Positions 15,665 through 23,023 of a DNA stretch of 24,000 nucleotides are shown piece after piece (the first letter of the stretch is position 1; every line of letters starts with the position of its first letter). The notes beneath the pieces were generated by a model. That model ran no database searches. It worked only from the letters and a program-made list of their open reading frames with translations, and was not told the origin of the DNA. Position numbers and translations under genes: made by a program. Location of the stretch: NCBI GenBank assembly GCA_003530935.1, contig DPEO01000045.1, forward strand, positions 6,034 to 30,033, given 5' to 3'. The DNA comes from Desulfomicrobiaceae bacterium. Its GTDB lineage: Bacteria > Desulfobacterota > Desulfovibrionia > Desulfovibrionales > Desulfomicrobiaceae.

Positions 15665-16549
15665 ATGGTTTGGCGATATTTCGCGACGCTTCTCGTATGC
15701 CTCATGCCTCTTTCCGCCAGCGCCGCCCTTTCTGTGGTGGTCCCGGTGGCGCCGCTGGCGGAGATCGTCCAAGCAGTGGGCGGCAGTCACGTGTCCATAA
15801 CGATCCTCGTGCCCCCTGGCGCCTCGCTGCATACCTACGAGCCCAAGCCCATGCAAATGGCCGCCGTGGCCCAGGCTCGGCTCTACTGTAGCGTCGGCGA
15901 CGTCTTCGACGCCGTGTGGGTGCCGCGCTTTCGCAGCGCCAACCCCCAAATAGCTGTGCTCGAACTCTGGTCCGGCATCGAGCGAATCCCCATGACCGCC
16001 CATCACGATGACCACGCAGAAGATCACGACCACCACGACGACGCCCATCCGGGAGGCATGCCCGATCCGCATATCTGGCTCGACCCCATGCTCGTGGCAC
16101 GCATGAGCGAAAAAGTTCGCGACGCCCTCTCGACCCTGGACCCGGAGCATGCCGGGGAGTTCCGTCACAACCAGCACGCATACCAGCAGCGCCTCATCCA
16201 GGTGGACGCGTCCATTCGTACACTCCTCGCCCCCATCCCGGAAGACCGCCGCGCCTTTCTGGTGTTCCATCCCGCATGGGGGTACTTCGCCCGCGCCTAC
16301 GGGCTGCGACAGATCCCCATCGAGGTCCACGGCAAAGAGCCGAGCCCCCGACAGCTTGCGGCCACGGTGCGCACGGCTCGCGCCACGGGCGCCCAAGTGA
16401 TTTTCGTCCAGCCGCAGATTTCCACCAAGGCTGCTCAAAGTGTGGCCCGGGAAATTGGGGCCACCATCGCCACTCTCGACCCCCTCGCCCCGGACCTCTC
16501 CGCCAATCTCGAGCGCGCCGCCCGCGCCATCGCCGAGGCCTTGCACTGA
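15665..16549 (+). CDS. znuA: ZnuA-type periplasmic zinc-binding protein (cluster 9 / TroA-like SBP)
   Basis: GGAGGA lies upstream and the protein has a signal peptide. The motifs SLHTYEPKP, DPHIWLDP and FHPAWGYFARAYGL are present. An acidic His-rich loop, HHDDHAEDHDHHDDAH (nt 16001-16048), is typical of zinc-specific ZnuA. Confidence 0.8.
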   Translation: MVWRYFATLLVCLMPLSASAALSVVVPVAPLAEIVQAVGGSHVSITILVPPGASLHTYEPKPMQMAAVAQARLYCSVGDVFDAVWVPRFRSANPQIAVLELWSGIERIPMTAHHDDHAEDHDHHDDAHPGGMPDPHIWLDPMLVARMSEKVRDALSTLDPEHAGEFRHNQHAYQQRLIQVDASIRTLLAPIPEDRRAFLVFHPAWGYFARAYGLRQIPIEVHGKEPSPRQLAATVRTARATGAQVIFVQPQISTKAAQSVAREIGATIATLDPLAPDLSANLERAARAIAEALH

Positions 16550-16601
16550 TGCCTGGAAACGCACCTTGCCAGAGGCGGGGGAAATCACTAGGCGAGCGCC
16601 C

Positions 16602-17369
16602 ATGACTTCTGCCGCCCCCACCGTTGCGCTCCGCCACGTCACCTTTGCCTACGGCACAGAACCGGTGTTGGAAGACATCGACTTCACCGTCATGGCCGGC
16701 GACTATGTAGCGGTGGTGGGCCCCAATGGCGGGGGCAAAACCACGTTGATCAAGCTCATCCTTGGGGTGCTCTCCCCCCAGAAAGGCACGATTCAGGTCT
16801 GCGGCGAAAGTCCCCGCAAGCGGCAGACAAGCATCGGCTACGTCCCCCAGCACGCTGCCTTTCAGCCCCATTTTCCCATCACGGTGCTGGAAACCGTGCT
16901 CATGGGCCTTCCCCGTGAAGGCCGCCGCACCCCCGGTTACCGGGCAGAAGACAAAGACCGGGCCATGACGGCCCTCAAGCAGGTGGGCATGGAACGCGAG
17001 GCCCGCAAACGCTTCGACGCCCTCTCTGGAGGGCAAAAACAGCGCACCCTGGTGGCCCGGGCCCTCGTGGCCGCCCCCAAGCTGGTGCTCTGTGATGAAC
17101 CCACGGCCAATGTCGATCCGCACGGCAAGGTGTGTCTTTTCGACCTCTTTGCCAGTCTTGTGCCTCGGCACACGGTGATCGTGGTGAGCCACGATCTCGT
17201 GGCCACGGCCAGTAGTGTCACGAGCGTTGCCGTGGTCAATCGCCGCATCATCCAGCGTCGTCGCCTCGACGCGGCCATGCTTACCCTGATGTATGGAGAG
17301 CACGGGGCCAGTTGCCCGATCTCCGAGTATCTCCAGGGCTTGCCCCAATCCCACCCTCACCGACCATGA
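16602..17369 (+). CDS. znuC: ZnuC-type metal ABC transporter ATPase
   Basis: ORF 16440..17369 trimmed to ATG 16602. It has Walker A GPNGGGKTT, signature LSGGQKQRTLVARAL, Walker B LVLCDEPTANVD and the H-loop SHD. Confidence 0.8.
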   Translation: MTSAAPTVALRHVTFAYGTEPVLEDIDFTVMAGDYVAVVGPNGGGKTTLIKLILGVLSPQKGTIQVCGESPRKRQTSIGYVPQHAAFQPHFPITVLETVLMGLPREGRRTPGYRAEDKDRAMTALKQVGMEREARKRFDALSGGQKQRTLVARALVAAPKLVLCDEPTANVDPHGKVCLFDLFASLVPRHTVIVVSHDLVATASSVTSVAVVNRRIIQRRRLDAAMLTLMYGEHGASCPISEYLQGLPQSHPHRP

Positions 17370-18187
17370 CGGCGCTGCTCCATCTCCAATTCTTCCAATA
17401 CGCCCTCGCAGCCGCCCTTCTGGCAAGTATCGCCTGCGGCATGGTGGGCACCTTGATCACCGTCAATCGCCGCACGTTTCTGGCCGGCGCCGTATCCCAC
17501 GCTGCCTACGGCGGGGTGGGACTGGCCATCTTTCTCGGCATGCCCGTGCTGCCAGTGACCCTCGTCTTCACCGTCGCCGCCGCGCTCCTCATGGCCGTGA
17601 TCGTGCGCCGCCTCCCAGCCCGAGCCGACAGCCTCATCGGCGTACTCTGGGCGGCCGGGATGTCGGCAGGGATTTTACTGGTCGATTTTTCCGAAGGCTA
17701 CAACGCGGACCTGATGAGCTACCTCTTTGGGAGCATCCTGGCGGTGTCCATGCGAGACCTGATCATCATGGCGGCCGCAGACCTCTTGATGGCGGCCATA
17801 ATCTTCTTCTGGTACAAGGACTTTTTGGCCATGTCCTTCGATACCGAGTTCGCCCGCGCCCTCGGCGTCCCGGTGGAGCGCATGCACGACCTCCTGCAGA
17901 TCCTCATCGCCGTGGCCGTGGTGCTGCTCATCCAATTGGTGGGACTCGTGCTCGTCATGGCGCTTTTCACCATCCCGCCCATGGTGGCCGAAACCCATAC
18001 CCGCTCGTTGGGACAGACCATGATCCTCGCCACCCTCATCTGCGTGGGAGTGACTCTCAGCGGGCTGGCCCTGGCTGTCGCCGCCAACCTCACGTCTGGA
18101 GCCGCCATCGTGGCCGTGGCCGTGGCGGTTTGTATGCTGAACGCCGTGCTCACCCGGAGACGTCCACGGAACTCCCCCCTTGCATAA
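17366..18187 (+). CDS. znuB: ZnuB-type metal ABC transporter permease
   Basis: ORF 17312..18187 trimmed to ATG 17366, which overlaps the znuC stop (ATGA). It is a polytopic membrane protein. FFQYALAAALLASIACGMVGTLITVNRRTFLAGAVSHAAYGGVGLA...DSLIGVLWAAGMSAGILL matches the ABC-3 (ZnuB/TroCD) family pattern. Confidence 0.8.
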   Translation: MTALLHLQFFQYALAAALLASIACGMVGTLITVNRRTFLAGAVSHAAYGGVGLAIFLGMPVLPVTLVFTVAAALLMAVIVRRLPARADSLIGVLWAAGMSAGILLVDFSEGYNADLMSYLFGSILAVSMRDLIIMAAADLLMAAIIFFWYKDFLAMSFDTEFARALGVPVERMHDLLQILIAVAVVLLIQLVGLVLVMALFTIPPMVAETHTRSLGQTMILATLICVGVTLSGLALAVAANLTSGAAIVAVAVAVCMLNAVLTRRRPRNSPLA

Positions 18188-18198
18188 GGAGCATCGTT

Positions 18199-18858
18199 AT
18201 GCGCGCGTTTTTTCTCGGATTCCTCCTGCTGTGCACGGCCTGCGCCACGCTCACACCGGAAAAGCCCCGCCAATCAGCAATCCAGAACGAGCCCCCCTCC
18301 GCCCCAACGCCCGCCGGCCCCACGGAAGCCGCCACGTCGCCCGACACCCCTTGCCTACCCTGTGCCCAGGCGCACGAAGCGGCCAGCAACGCAGCCTGCT
18401 TTCACCTCGTCCCTGGCGCCCCGGCCCAAAAAGACAAAAAAGGAAAGACCATCCGTCCTGGTCGGATGTGCCAACCGCAAAGCCTCATCTACGCCCGCTG
18501 CCGCTCGGGTATCGTGACCTGTAAGCTCGGCAACACCAGCCCGGAAGGGTGGTTCGCCTGCGCCCAAAAAGCGGGGAACACCACCTCAACCCCTCAGGCA
18601 GGCGCGGTGATGGTGCTGGCGGCCAATGCCAAGCGCAAGATGTTTACCGGCCACCCCGTGTACGTGGAAAAGGTCTGCCGGGAAACGGACGGCACCTGGA
18701 CACTCACCATCAGCCATACCAACTACGACCGGCAATGCCACTTGGACCAGAATGCCCTCGTCCGCTTCGATCCCAGGACCATGACGGCGACATTCCGCAG
18801 CGGCCCATGGGCACCGTGGGCCAAAGGCCTGCGCGTCTTGGGATTCATTGTCCGCTAG
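18199..18858 (+). CDS. Cys-rich secreted/lipoprotein with C-terminal CHAP-like (Cys/His amidohydrolase-peptidase) domain
   Basis: This is the last 219 codons of ORF 17293..18858. ATG 18199 follows AAGGAG, 12 nt after the znuB stop. It has a signal peptide with a lipobox-like LLCTAC and a Pro-rich linker. MCQPQSLIYARCRSGI...PQAGAVMVLAANAKRKMFTGHPVYVEKV...LTISHTNYD then resembles the proteobacterial CHAP/surface-antigen pattern (QCV.FAR..SGI ... P..GAV.vf ... GHVA.V ... H.NW). Confidence 0.6.
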   Translation: MRAFFLGFLLLCTACATLTPEKPRQSAIQNEPPSAPTPAGPTEAATSPDTPCLPCAQAHEAASNAACFHLVPGAPAQKDKKGKTIRPGRMCQPQSLIYARCRSGIVTCKLGNTSPEGWFACAQKAGNTTSTPQAGAVMVLAANAKRKMFTGHPVYVEKVCRETDGTWTLTISHTNYDRQCHLDQNALVRFDPRTMTATFRSGPWAPWAKGLRVLGFIVR

Positions 18859-19226
18859 CGCGATGGCGGACGATCCAGGAGACTTTGCACCGTCCGCACC
18901 AGCTCGTCCACATCCGAACTCTTGACCACATACGCATCTGCGGCGATGGATTTGAGGTCGTGCCGGAAGTAATCGTAGGCGGTGCACAACACCACCGGCA
19001 GATGGGGATGCCGGGTGCGGATCCTTTGCAGAAGATCCAAGCCACTCGCCCCTTCTCCCAAGCGAATGTCCAAGACCACAAGATCTGGCGCGAGGCGATC
19101 TAAAACGGCGTCCACATCTTCCGACGTGCCGTCAAACGCCTCGGCCACCAACCCCAAACGACGAAACTCCTCCGTGTAGAGCAGTCGGATGAGGGGTTCG
19201 TCATCAATCACGAGTACGGTGGGCAT
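18855..19226 (-). CDS. Stand-alone CheY-like response regulator (receiver only)
   Basis: ORF 18855..19286 trimmed to ATG 19226 after AGGAGG. MPTVLVIDDEPLIRLLY...DLVVLDIRLGEGASGLDLL...VVLCTAY...AYVVKS has all the receiver-domain hallmark residues and no output domain. Confidence 0.85.
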   Translation of the reverse strand: MPTVLVIDDEPLIRLLYTEEFRRLGLVAEAFDGTSEDVDAVLDRLAPDLVVLDIRLGEGASGLDLLQRIRTRHPHLPVVLCTAYDYFRHDLKSIAADAYVVKSSDVDELVRTVQSLLDRPPSR

Positions 19227-19310
19227 AAGGCACCTCCTGCGCAATCCCTCTACCATACGAGACTTCCGGACCCAAGCAAAAAACAACCATATTCAAGGGA
19301 GAATACGACG

Positions 19311-19508
19311 ATGATCACCGTCCATCTCGAACCCGAAGGTGGCACCCTCACCTTCCCCCGCATCACTACGGTGCTGCAATTGCTTCATAAAACCGGCCGC
19401 AAACCCGGCCGGGCCATCGTTATTCGAGGAACGGAGCTGCTCACTCCAGACCGGCGCCTGGCCGCCGGCGACACCATCATCCTGCGCGACGTGGGATCCC
19501 GGGGGTAA
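19311..19508 (+). CDS. ThiS/MoaD/TtuB-like ubiquitin-fold sulfur-carrier protein (C-terminus Arg-Gly rather than Gly-Gly)
   Basis: It is 65 aa, with AGGGAGA upstream. MITVHLEPEGGTLTFPRITTVLQLLHKTGRKPGRAIVIRGTELLTPDRRLAAGDTIILRDVGSRG shows the beta-grasp carrier pattern (..V.vrGe.L..d..l..gD.i.il..v.GG). It ends 4 nt before a TtuA-like gene. Confidence 0.65.
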   Translation: MITVHLEPEGGTLTFPRITTVLQLLHKTGRKPGRAIVIRGTELLTPDRRLAAGDTIILRDVGSRG

Positions 19509-19512
19509 ACCG

Positions 19513-20457
19513 ATGAAATGTACGCGTTGTCGTGAACTCGCCGCCGTGGCCCTGCCGAGTCACCACTCGGCCTTTTGTCCGGAGTGTTTCCTCCTCTTTT
19601 GCCGCCGCATGGTGGAACGCGCCATCCACGACCATGCCATGTGCACCCCGGAAGACCGCATCCTCGTGGCCCTTTCCGGCGGCAAGGACTCCCTGTCCCT
19701 GGCCTGGCTGCTGCGCGAGCTCGGCTACCAGGTGACCGGCCTGCACATCGACCTGGGGATTCCAGGATCCTCTGCCGTGGCCCGCCGCATCACGGAAAAT
19801 TTCTGTGCTCGCCATGGCATCGCACTCCATGTGCTCGAGATGGAAGCCATGGGCCTCGGCATGGCCCAGGTACGCCAACGGGTCAAACGCCCCATCTGCT
19901 CGGTATGCGGTCAAACCAAACGCTATTTCTTCAACCGTTTTGCCCTGGAAAACGGTTTTTCCGTGCTCGCCACGGGGCACAATCTCGATGACGAGACCTC
20001 GCGCCTCCTGGCCAATGTCCTGCGTTGGGATGCCGACTTTCTGGCCGATCAAGGACCGGTGCTGTCCGCGCAGGAAGGCTTTGTCCGCAAAATCAAACCG
20101 CTCTACCGCCTGACGGAATTCGAGACCGCCAACCTGAGCTTCCTTCTCGGCATCGAGACCGCCTCGGCCCCGTGCCCCTACAGCGCCAAGGCCACCTTTC
20201 CGGTGTACAAGCACCTCCTCGCCGATTTGGAAGACCGCCAGCCGGGCCGCAAACTCCAATTCTACGAAGGCTTCCTCAAACACGGCCGCAAGCACTTCGC
20301 CTCCCACAGCACCCCCGACCTTACCCCCTGCGTCCGCTGCGGCTCCCCGACCTCCACGGAGCTCTGCGGGGTGTGCCGGCTCAAGGCAATGATGACGAGC
20401 GAGGCCGATCTCCCGGAGGCAAGGGATAACGTCCTTGACAGCGGCCAACAAGCCTGA
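19513..20457 (+). CDS. TtuA/TtcA/NcsA-family tRNA 2-thiolation PP-loop ATP pyrophosphatase
   Basis: ORF 19339..20457 trimmed to ATG 19513. It has an N-terminal zinc finger CTRC...CPEC and a PP-loop LSGGKDS. The Fe-S ligand cysteines are CSVCG and APCPY. GHNLDDE is present, as is a C-terminal zinc finger CVRC...CGVC. Confidence 0.85.
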   Translation: MKCTRCRELAAVALPSHHSAFCPECFLLFCRRMVERAIHDHAMCTPEDRILVALSGGKDSLSLAWLLRELGYQVTGLHIDLGIPGSSAVARRITENFCARHGIALHVLEMEAMGLGMAQVRQRVKRPICSVCGQTKRYFFNRFALENGFSVLATGHNLDDETSRLLANVLRWDADFLADQGPVLSAQEGFVRKIKPLYRLTEFETANLSFLLGIETASAPCPYSAKATFPVYKHLLADLEDRQPGRKLQFYEGFLKHGRKHFASHSTPDLTPCVRCGSPTSTELCGVCRLKAMMTSEADLPEARDNVLDSGQQA

Positions 20458-20523
20458 CTAACGAGTCATCTTTCCTTGCTCGCCCCCCATGGGAGCGGGC
20501 TATAACCCACAAGGAGGACAATC

Positions 20524-20829
20524 ATGACAAGGTACGAGCAGCTGCTCCTTTTCAGCCCGGAATTGGGCTCCGAGGAGCGCCAGGCCGTGCTGGACCGCCT
20601 GGGCGCCGTCATCGAGCGCGAAGGTGGACAGATCCTGACGGTGGATGATTGGGGCATGAAGGATACTGCCTATCCGGTGCGCAAGTTCACCCGCGGCCAT
20701 TACGTGCGCTTGGAAATGGCCATGCCGGGCGCGGCGGTGGCCGAATTGGAGCGCAACGTGCGTATCAGCGAAGGAATCCTCAAGTTCATCACCGTGCGTC
20801 TGGCCGACGCCGCCCAGCAGGAGGCCTAA
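20524..20829 (+). CDS. rpsF: 30S ribosomal protein S6
   Basis: AAGGAGG lies upstream. MTRYEQLLLFSPELGSEERQAVLDRLGAVIEREGGQILTVDDWGMKDTAYPVRKFTRGHYV is the S6 pattern. Confidence 0.95.
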   Translation: MTRYEQLLLFSPELGSEERQAVLDRLGAVIEREGGQILTVDDWGMKDTAYPVRKFTRGHYVRLEMAMPGAAVAELERNVRISEGILKFITVRLADAAQQEA

Positions 20830-20832
20830 TCC

Positions 20833-21099
20833 ATGTCCCAGCCCAAAAGAAAGTTTACTCCGCGCAAAAAGTTCTGCCGTTTCTGCGACAACCCTGAACT
20901 CCCCTTGAACTACAAAAATCCGGACGTACTTGCGGATTTCATCACCGAGCGCGGCAAGATCATTGCCAGCCGCGTCACCGGGACCTGCGCCAAACATCAG
21001 CGCGCTCTGACCCGGGAAATCAAGCGGGCTCGCCAGATGGCACTTCTCTACTACACCGCCACCCACAGCACCGACGTGCTCAAAAAGTCCAAAATCTAG
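20833..21099 (+). CDS. rpsR: 30S ribosomal protein S18
   Basis: KKFCRFC...[48 protein letters not shown] is the S18 signature. Confidence 0.95.
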   Translation: MSQPKRKFTPRKKFCRFCDNPELPLNYKNPDVLADFITERGKIIASRVTGTCAKHQRALTREIKRARQMALLYYTATHSTDVLKKSKI

Positions 21100-21108
21100 G
21101 AGGCTGCC

Positions 21109-21609
21109 ATGATGAAAGTCATTCTGCGCGCCGATGTGGACAACTTGGGCCGTCTGGGAGACATCGTCACCGTCAAGCCCGGCTACGGCCGCAACTACCT
21201 GTTGCCTCAAGGACTGGCTTCTTTGGCCACTCCTTCCAACCTCAAGGTCTTCGAACAGGAACGCAAAAAGCTGGAAGCCAAGAACAACGCCCTGCGTGCT
21301 GCGGCACAGGAGCTGGCGGACAAGCTGGCCGCTGCCCAGGTGCGCATCGAAGTGCGTGTGGGCGAGAACGACAAGCTCTACGGCTCCGTGACCAGCACCC
21401 AGATTGCCGAAGCCTTGGCCGCCCAAGGGATCGAGCTGGATCGCCGCAAGATCCTCTTGGCGGAGCCCATCCGCTCCCTGGGCGTGTACACCGTGGAAGT
21501 GAAACTCCACCCCGAGGTGGTCGCCACGCTGCAGGTGGAAATCGCCAAGCCGGGTCAGCCTGCCGCGCAAGAGCCCGCTGCCGATGCCCCCGCGGAAGAC
21601 ATCGAGTAA
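21109..21609 (+). CDS. rplI: 50S ribosomal protein L9
   Basis: TAGGAGG lies 5 nt upstream. MMKVILRADVDNLGRLGDIVTVKPGYGRNYLLPQGLA is the L9 N-terminal domain. A start at the second ATG (21112) is also possible. Confidence 0.95.
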   Translation: MMKVILRADVDNLGRLGDIVTVKPGYGRNYLLPQGLASLATPSNLKVFEQERKKLEAKNNALRAAAQELADKLAAAQVRIEVRVGENDKLYGSVTSTQIAEALAAQGIELDRRKILLAEPIRSLGVYTVEVKLHPEVVATLQVEIAKPGQPAAQEPAADAPAEDIE

Positions 21610-21631
21610 TCCCCGTCGCTCTGAGGACGCC

Positions 21632-23002
21632 GTGCACGCGGCGTCTTCGGAGCTTTTGCGCAAAGTCCCCCCGCACAACCTGGAGGCCGAACAGGCCGTG
21701 TTGGGCGGGATTTTTTTGCACAACGAACTGTTCCACCAACTCGTCGACATCATCTCTGCCGACGATTTCTACTCCCCCGCCCATCGCACCATCTACGCCG
21801 CCTGCGAGGAACTCTACCGCCGCGGGCAACCCATGGACCTGGTGACCGTCGCCGAGCACCTCGCCTCCCATGGCCAATTGGATGCCGTGGGCGGCTCCGT
21901 ATACTTGGCCTCGCTCACCAACGCCGTGGCCTCCGGGGCCAACGCCGTCTTTCATGCAGGGATCGTCCGGGACAAGGCGGTGCGACGCCGGCTCATCCAA
22001 ACCGCAGCGGAAGTGCTTACTTCCTGCTTCGAGAACGCCGAAGACACCGAACACCTTCTCGACGACGCCGAACAGCGCATCTTTGCCGTGGCCGAGGCCA
22101 AAAGCCGGCCCAGCTTCATCTCCAGCAAAGACCTCATCACCCGCGTCTTCGAACAGCTCGAAACCCGCGCCGGCCAAGGGGATCTCATCACCGGGGTGCC
22201 CACCGGCTACTTGGATTTCGACCGCATGACCGCAGGTCTTCAGCGCTCGGACCTGATCATCGTGGCAGCCCGGCCGTCCATGGGCAAGACGGCGCTCGCC
22301 CTCAACATGGGCATGCGCGCCGCGGTGCACCACGGGGTGCCGGTGGCCATCTTCTCTCTGGAGATGTCCATGGAGCAGCTCATGATGCGTATGCTCGGCT
22401 GCCACGCCCGCGTGGACTTGTCCCGTCTGCGCACCGGCTTTCTCAACGATGAAGACTGGGCCCGCCTCTACCAAGCGGCAGACGAGCTCTCCCACGCCCC
22501 CATCTTCATCGACGACACCCCGGCCCTGTCCACTATGGAGATCCGCGCCCGCTGCCGTCGGCTCAAGGCGGAAAAAAACATCGGCCTGGTGATCGTGGAT
22601 TACCTGCAGCTCATGCGCTCCAGCCGCTCCCAAGACTCCCGCGAGCAGGAGATCTCCGACATCTCCCGCAGCCTCAAGGCCTTGGCCAAAGAATTGGACA
22701 TCCCGGTGGTGGCCCTGGCCCAGCTCAACCGCAAAGTGGAAGAACGCTCGGATAAACGCCCCGTGCTCTCGGACCTCCGCGAATCCGGCGCCATCGAACA
22801 GGACGCCGACGTCATCGTCTTCATCTACCGGGATGCGGCCTACAACAAGGCTGAAGACAACCCCAACAAGAATATCGCCGAGATCATCATCGGCAAGCAG
22901 CGCAACGGCCCTGTGGGGAGCCTGCGTCTTGCCTACTTTGGTCAGTATACGGCATTCGAAAACCTCACCGATGCGGGGATCCCATCGGAGCACGGCCTCT
23001 AA
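21632..23002 (+). CDS. dnaB: Replicative DNA helicase DnaB
   Basis: ORF 21584..23002. KVPPHNLEAEQAVLGGIFL, Walker A ARPSMGKTALALN, Walker B VIVDYLQLM, SRSLKALAKELDIPVVALAQLNR and IIIGKQRNGP are present. I prefer GTG 21632 as the start because it follows GAGGA and does not overlap rplI. ATG 21584 (26-nt overlap with rplI, weak RBS) remains possible. Confidence 0.9.
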   Translation: MHAASSELLRKVPPHNLEAEQAVLGGIFLHNELFHQLVDIISADDFYSPAHRTIYAACEELYRRGQPMDLVTVAEHLASHGQLDAVGGSVYLASLTNAVASGANAVFHAGIVRDKAVRRRLIQTAAEVLTSCFENAEDTEHLLDDAEQRIFAVAEAKSRPSFISSKDLITRVFEQLETRAGQGDLITGVPTGYLDFDRMTAGLQRSDLIIVAARPSMGKTALALNMGMRAAVHHGVPVAIFSLEMSMEQLMMRMLGCHARVDLSRLRTGFLNDEDWARLYQAADELSHAPIFIDDTPALSTMEIRARCRRLKAEKNIGLVIVDYLQLMRSSRSQDSREQEISDISRSLKALAKELDIPVVALAQLNRKVEERSDKRPVLSDLRESGAIEQDADVIVFIYRDAAYNKAEDNPNKNIAEIIIGKQRNGPVGSLRLAYFGQYTAFENLTDAGIPSEHGL

Positions 23003-23023
23003 CCCCAACCTGCCGAGGACGCC

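Noticed and set aside
16001-16048. A His/Asp-rich low-complexity tract (HHDDHAEDHDHHDDAH) that looks like a repeat.
   Set aside because: This is the well-known metal-binding loop of zinc-specific ZnuA proteins. It is not an independent repeat element.
17293-18198. The N-terminal 302 codons of the 521-aa ORF 17293..18858.
   Set aside because: This part is an Arg/Pro/Gly/His-rich alternative frame of znuB with no features of its own. Only the segment from ATG 18199, which has its own RBS and signal peptide, looks like a real gene.
20455-20473. A small hairpin, TGACTaacgAGTCA, followed by TCTTT after the TtuA-like gene, as a possible terminator.
   Set aside because: It has a 5-bp AT-containing stem and a weak T-tract, so it is too unstable to call.
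21623-21640. A near-identical 15-nt string, GAGGACGCC(G/A)TGCAC, at the dnaB start (21623-21637) and the paaK start (23015-23029).
   Set aside because: It is too short and occurs only twice. It is most simply a similar Shine-Dalgarno plus start-codon context. I used it only as weak support for GTG 21632 as the dnaB start.
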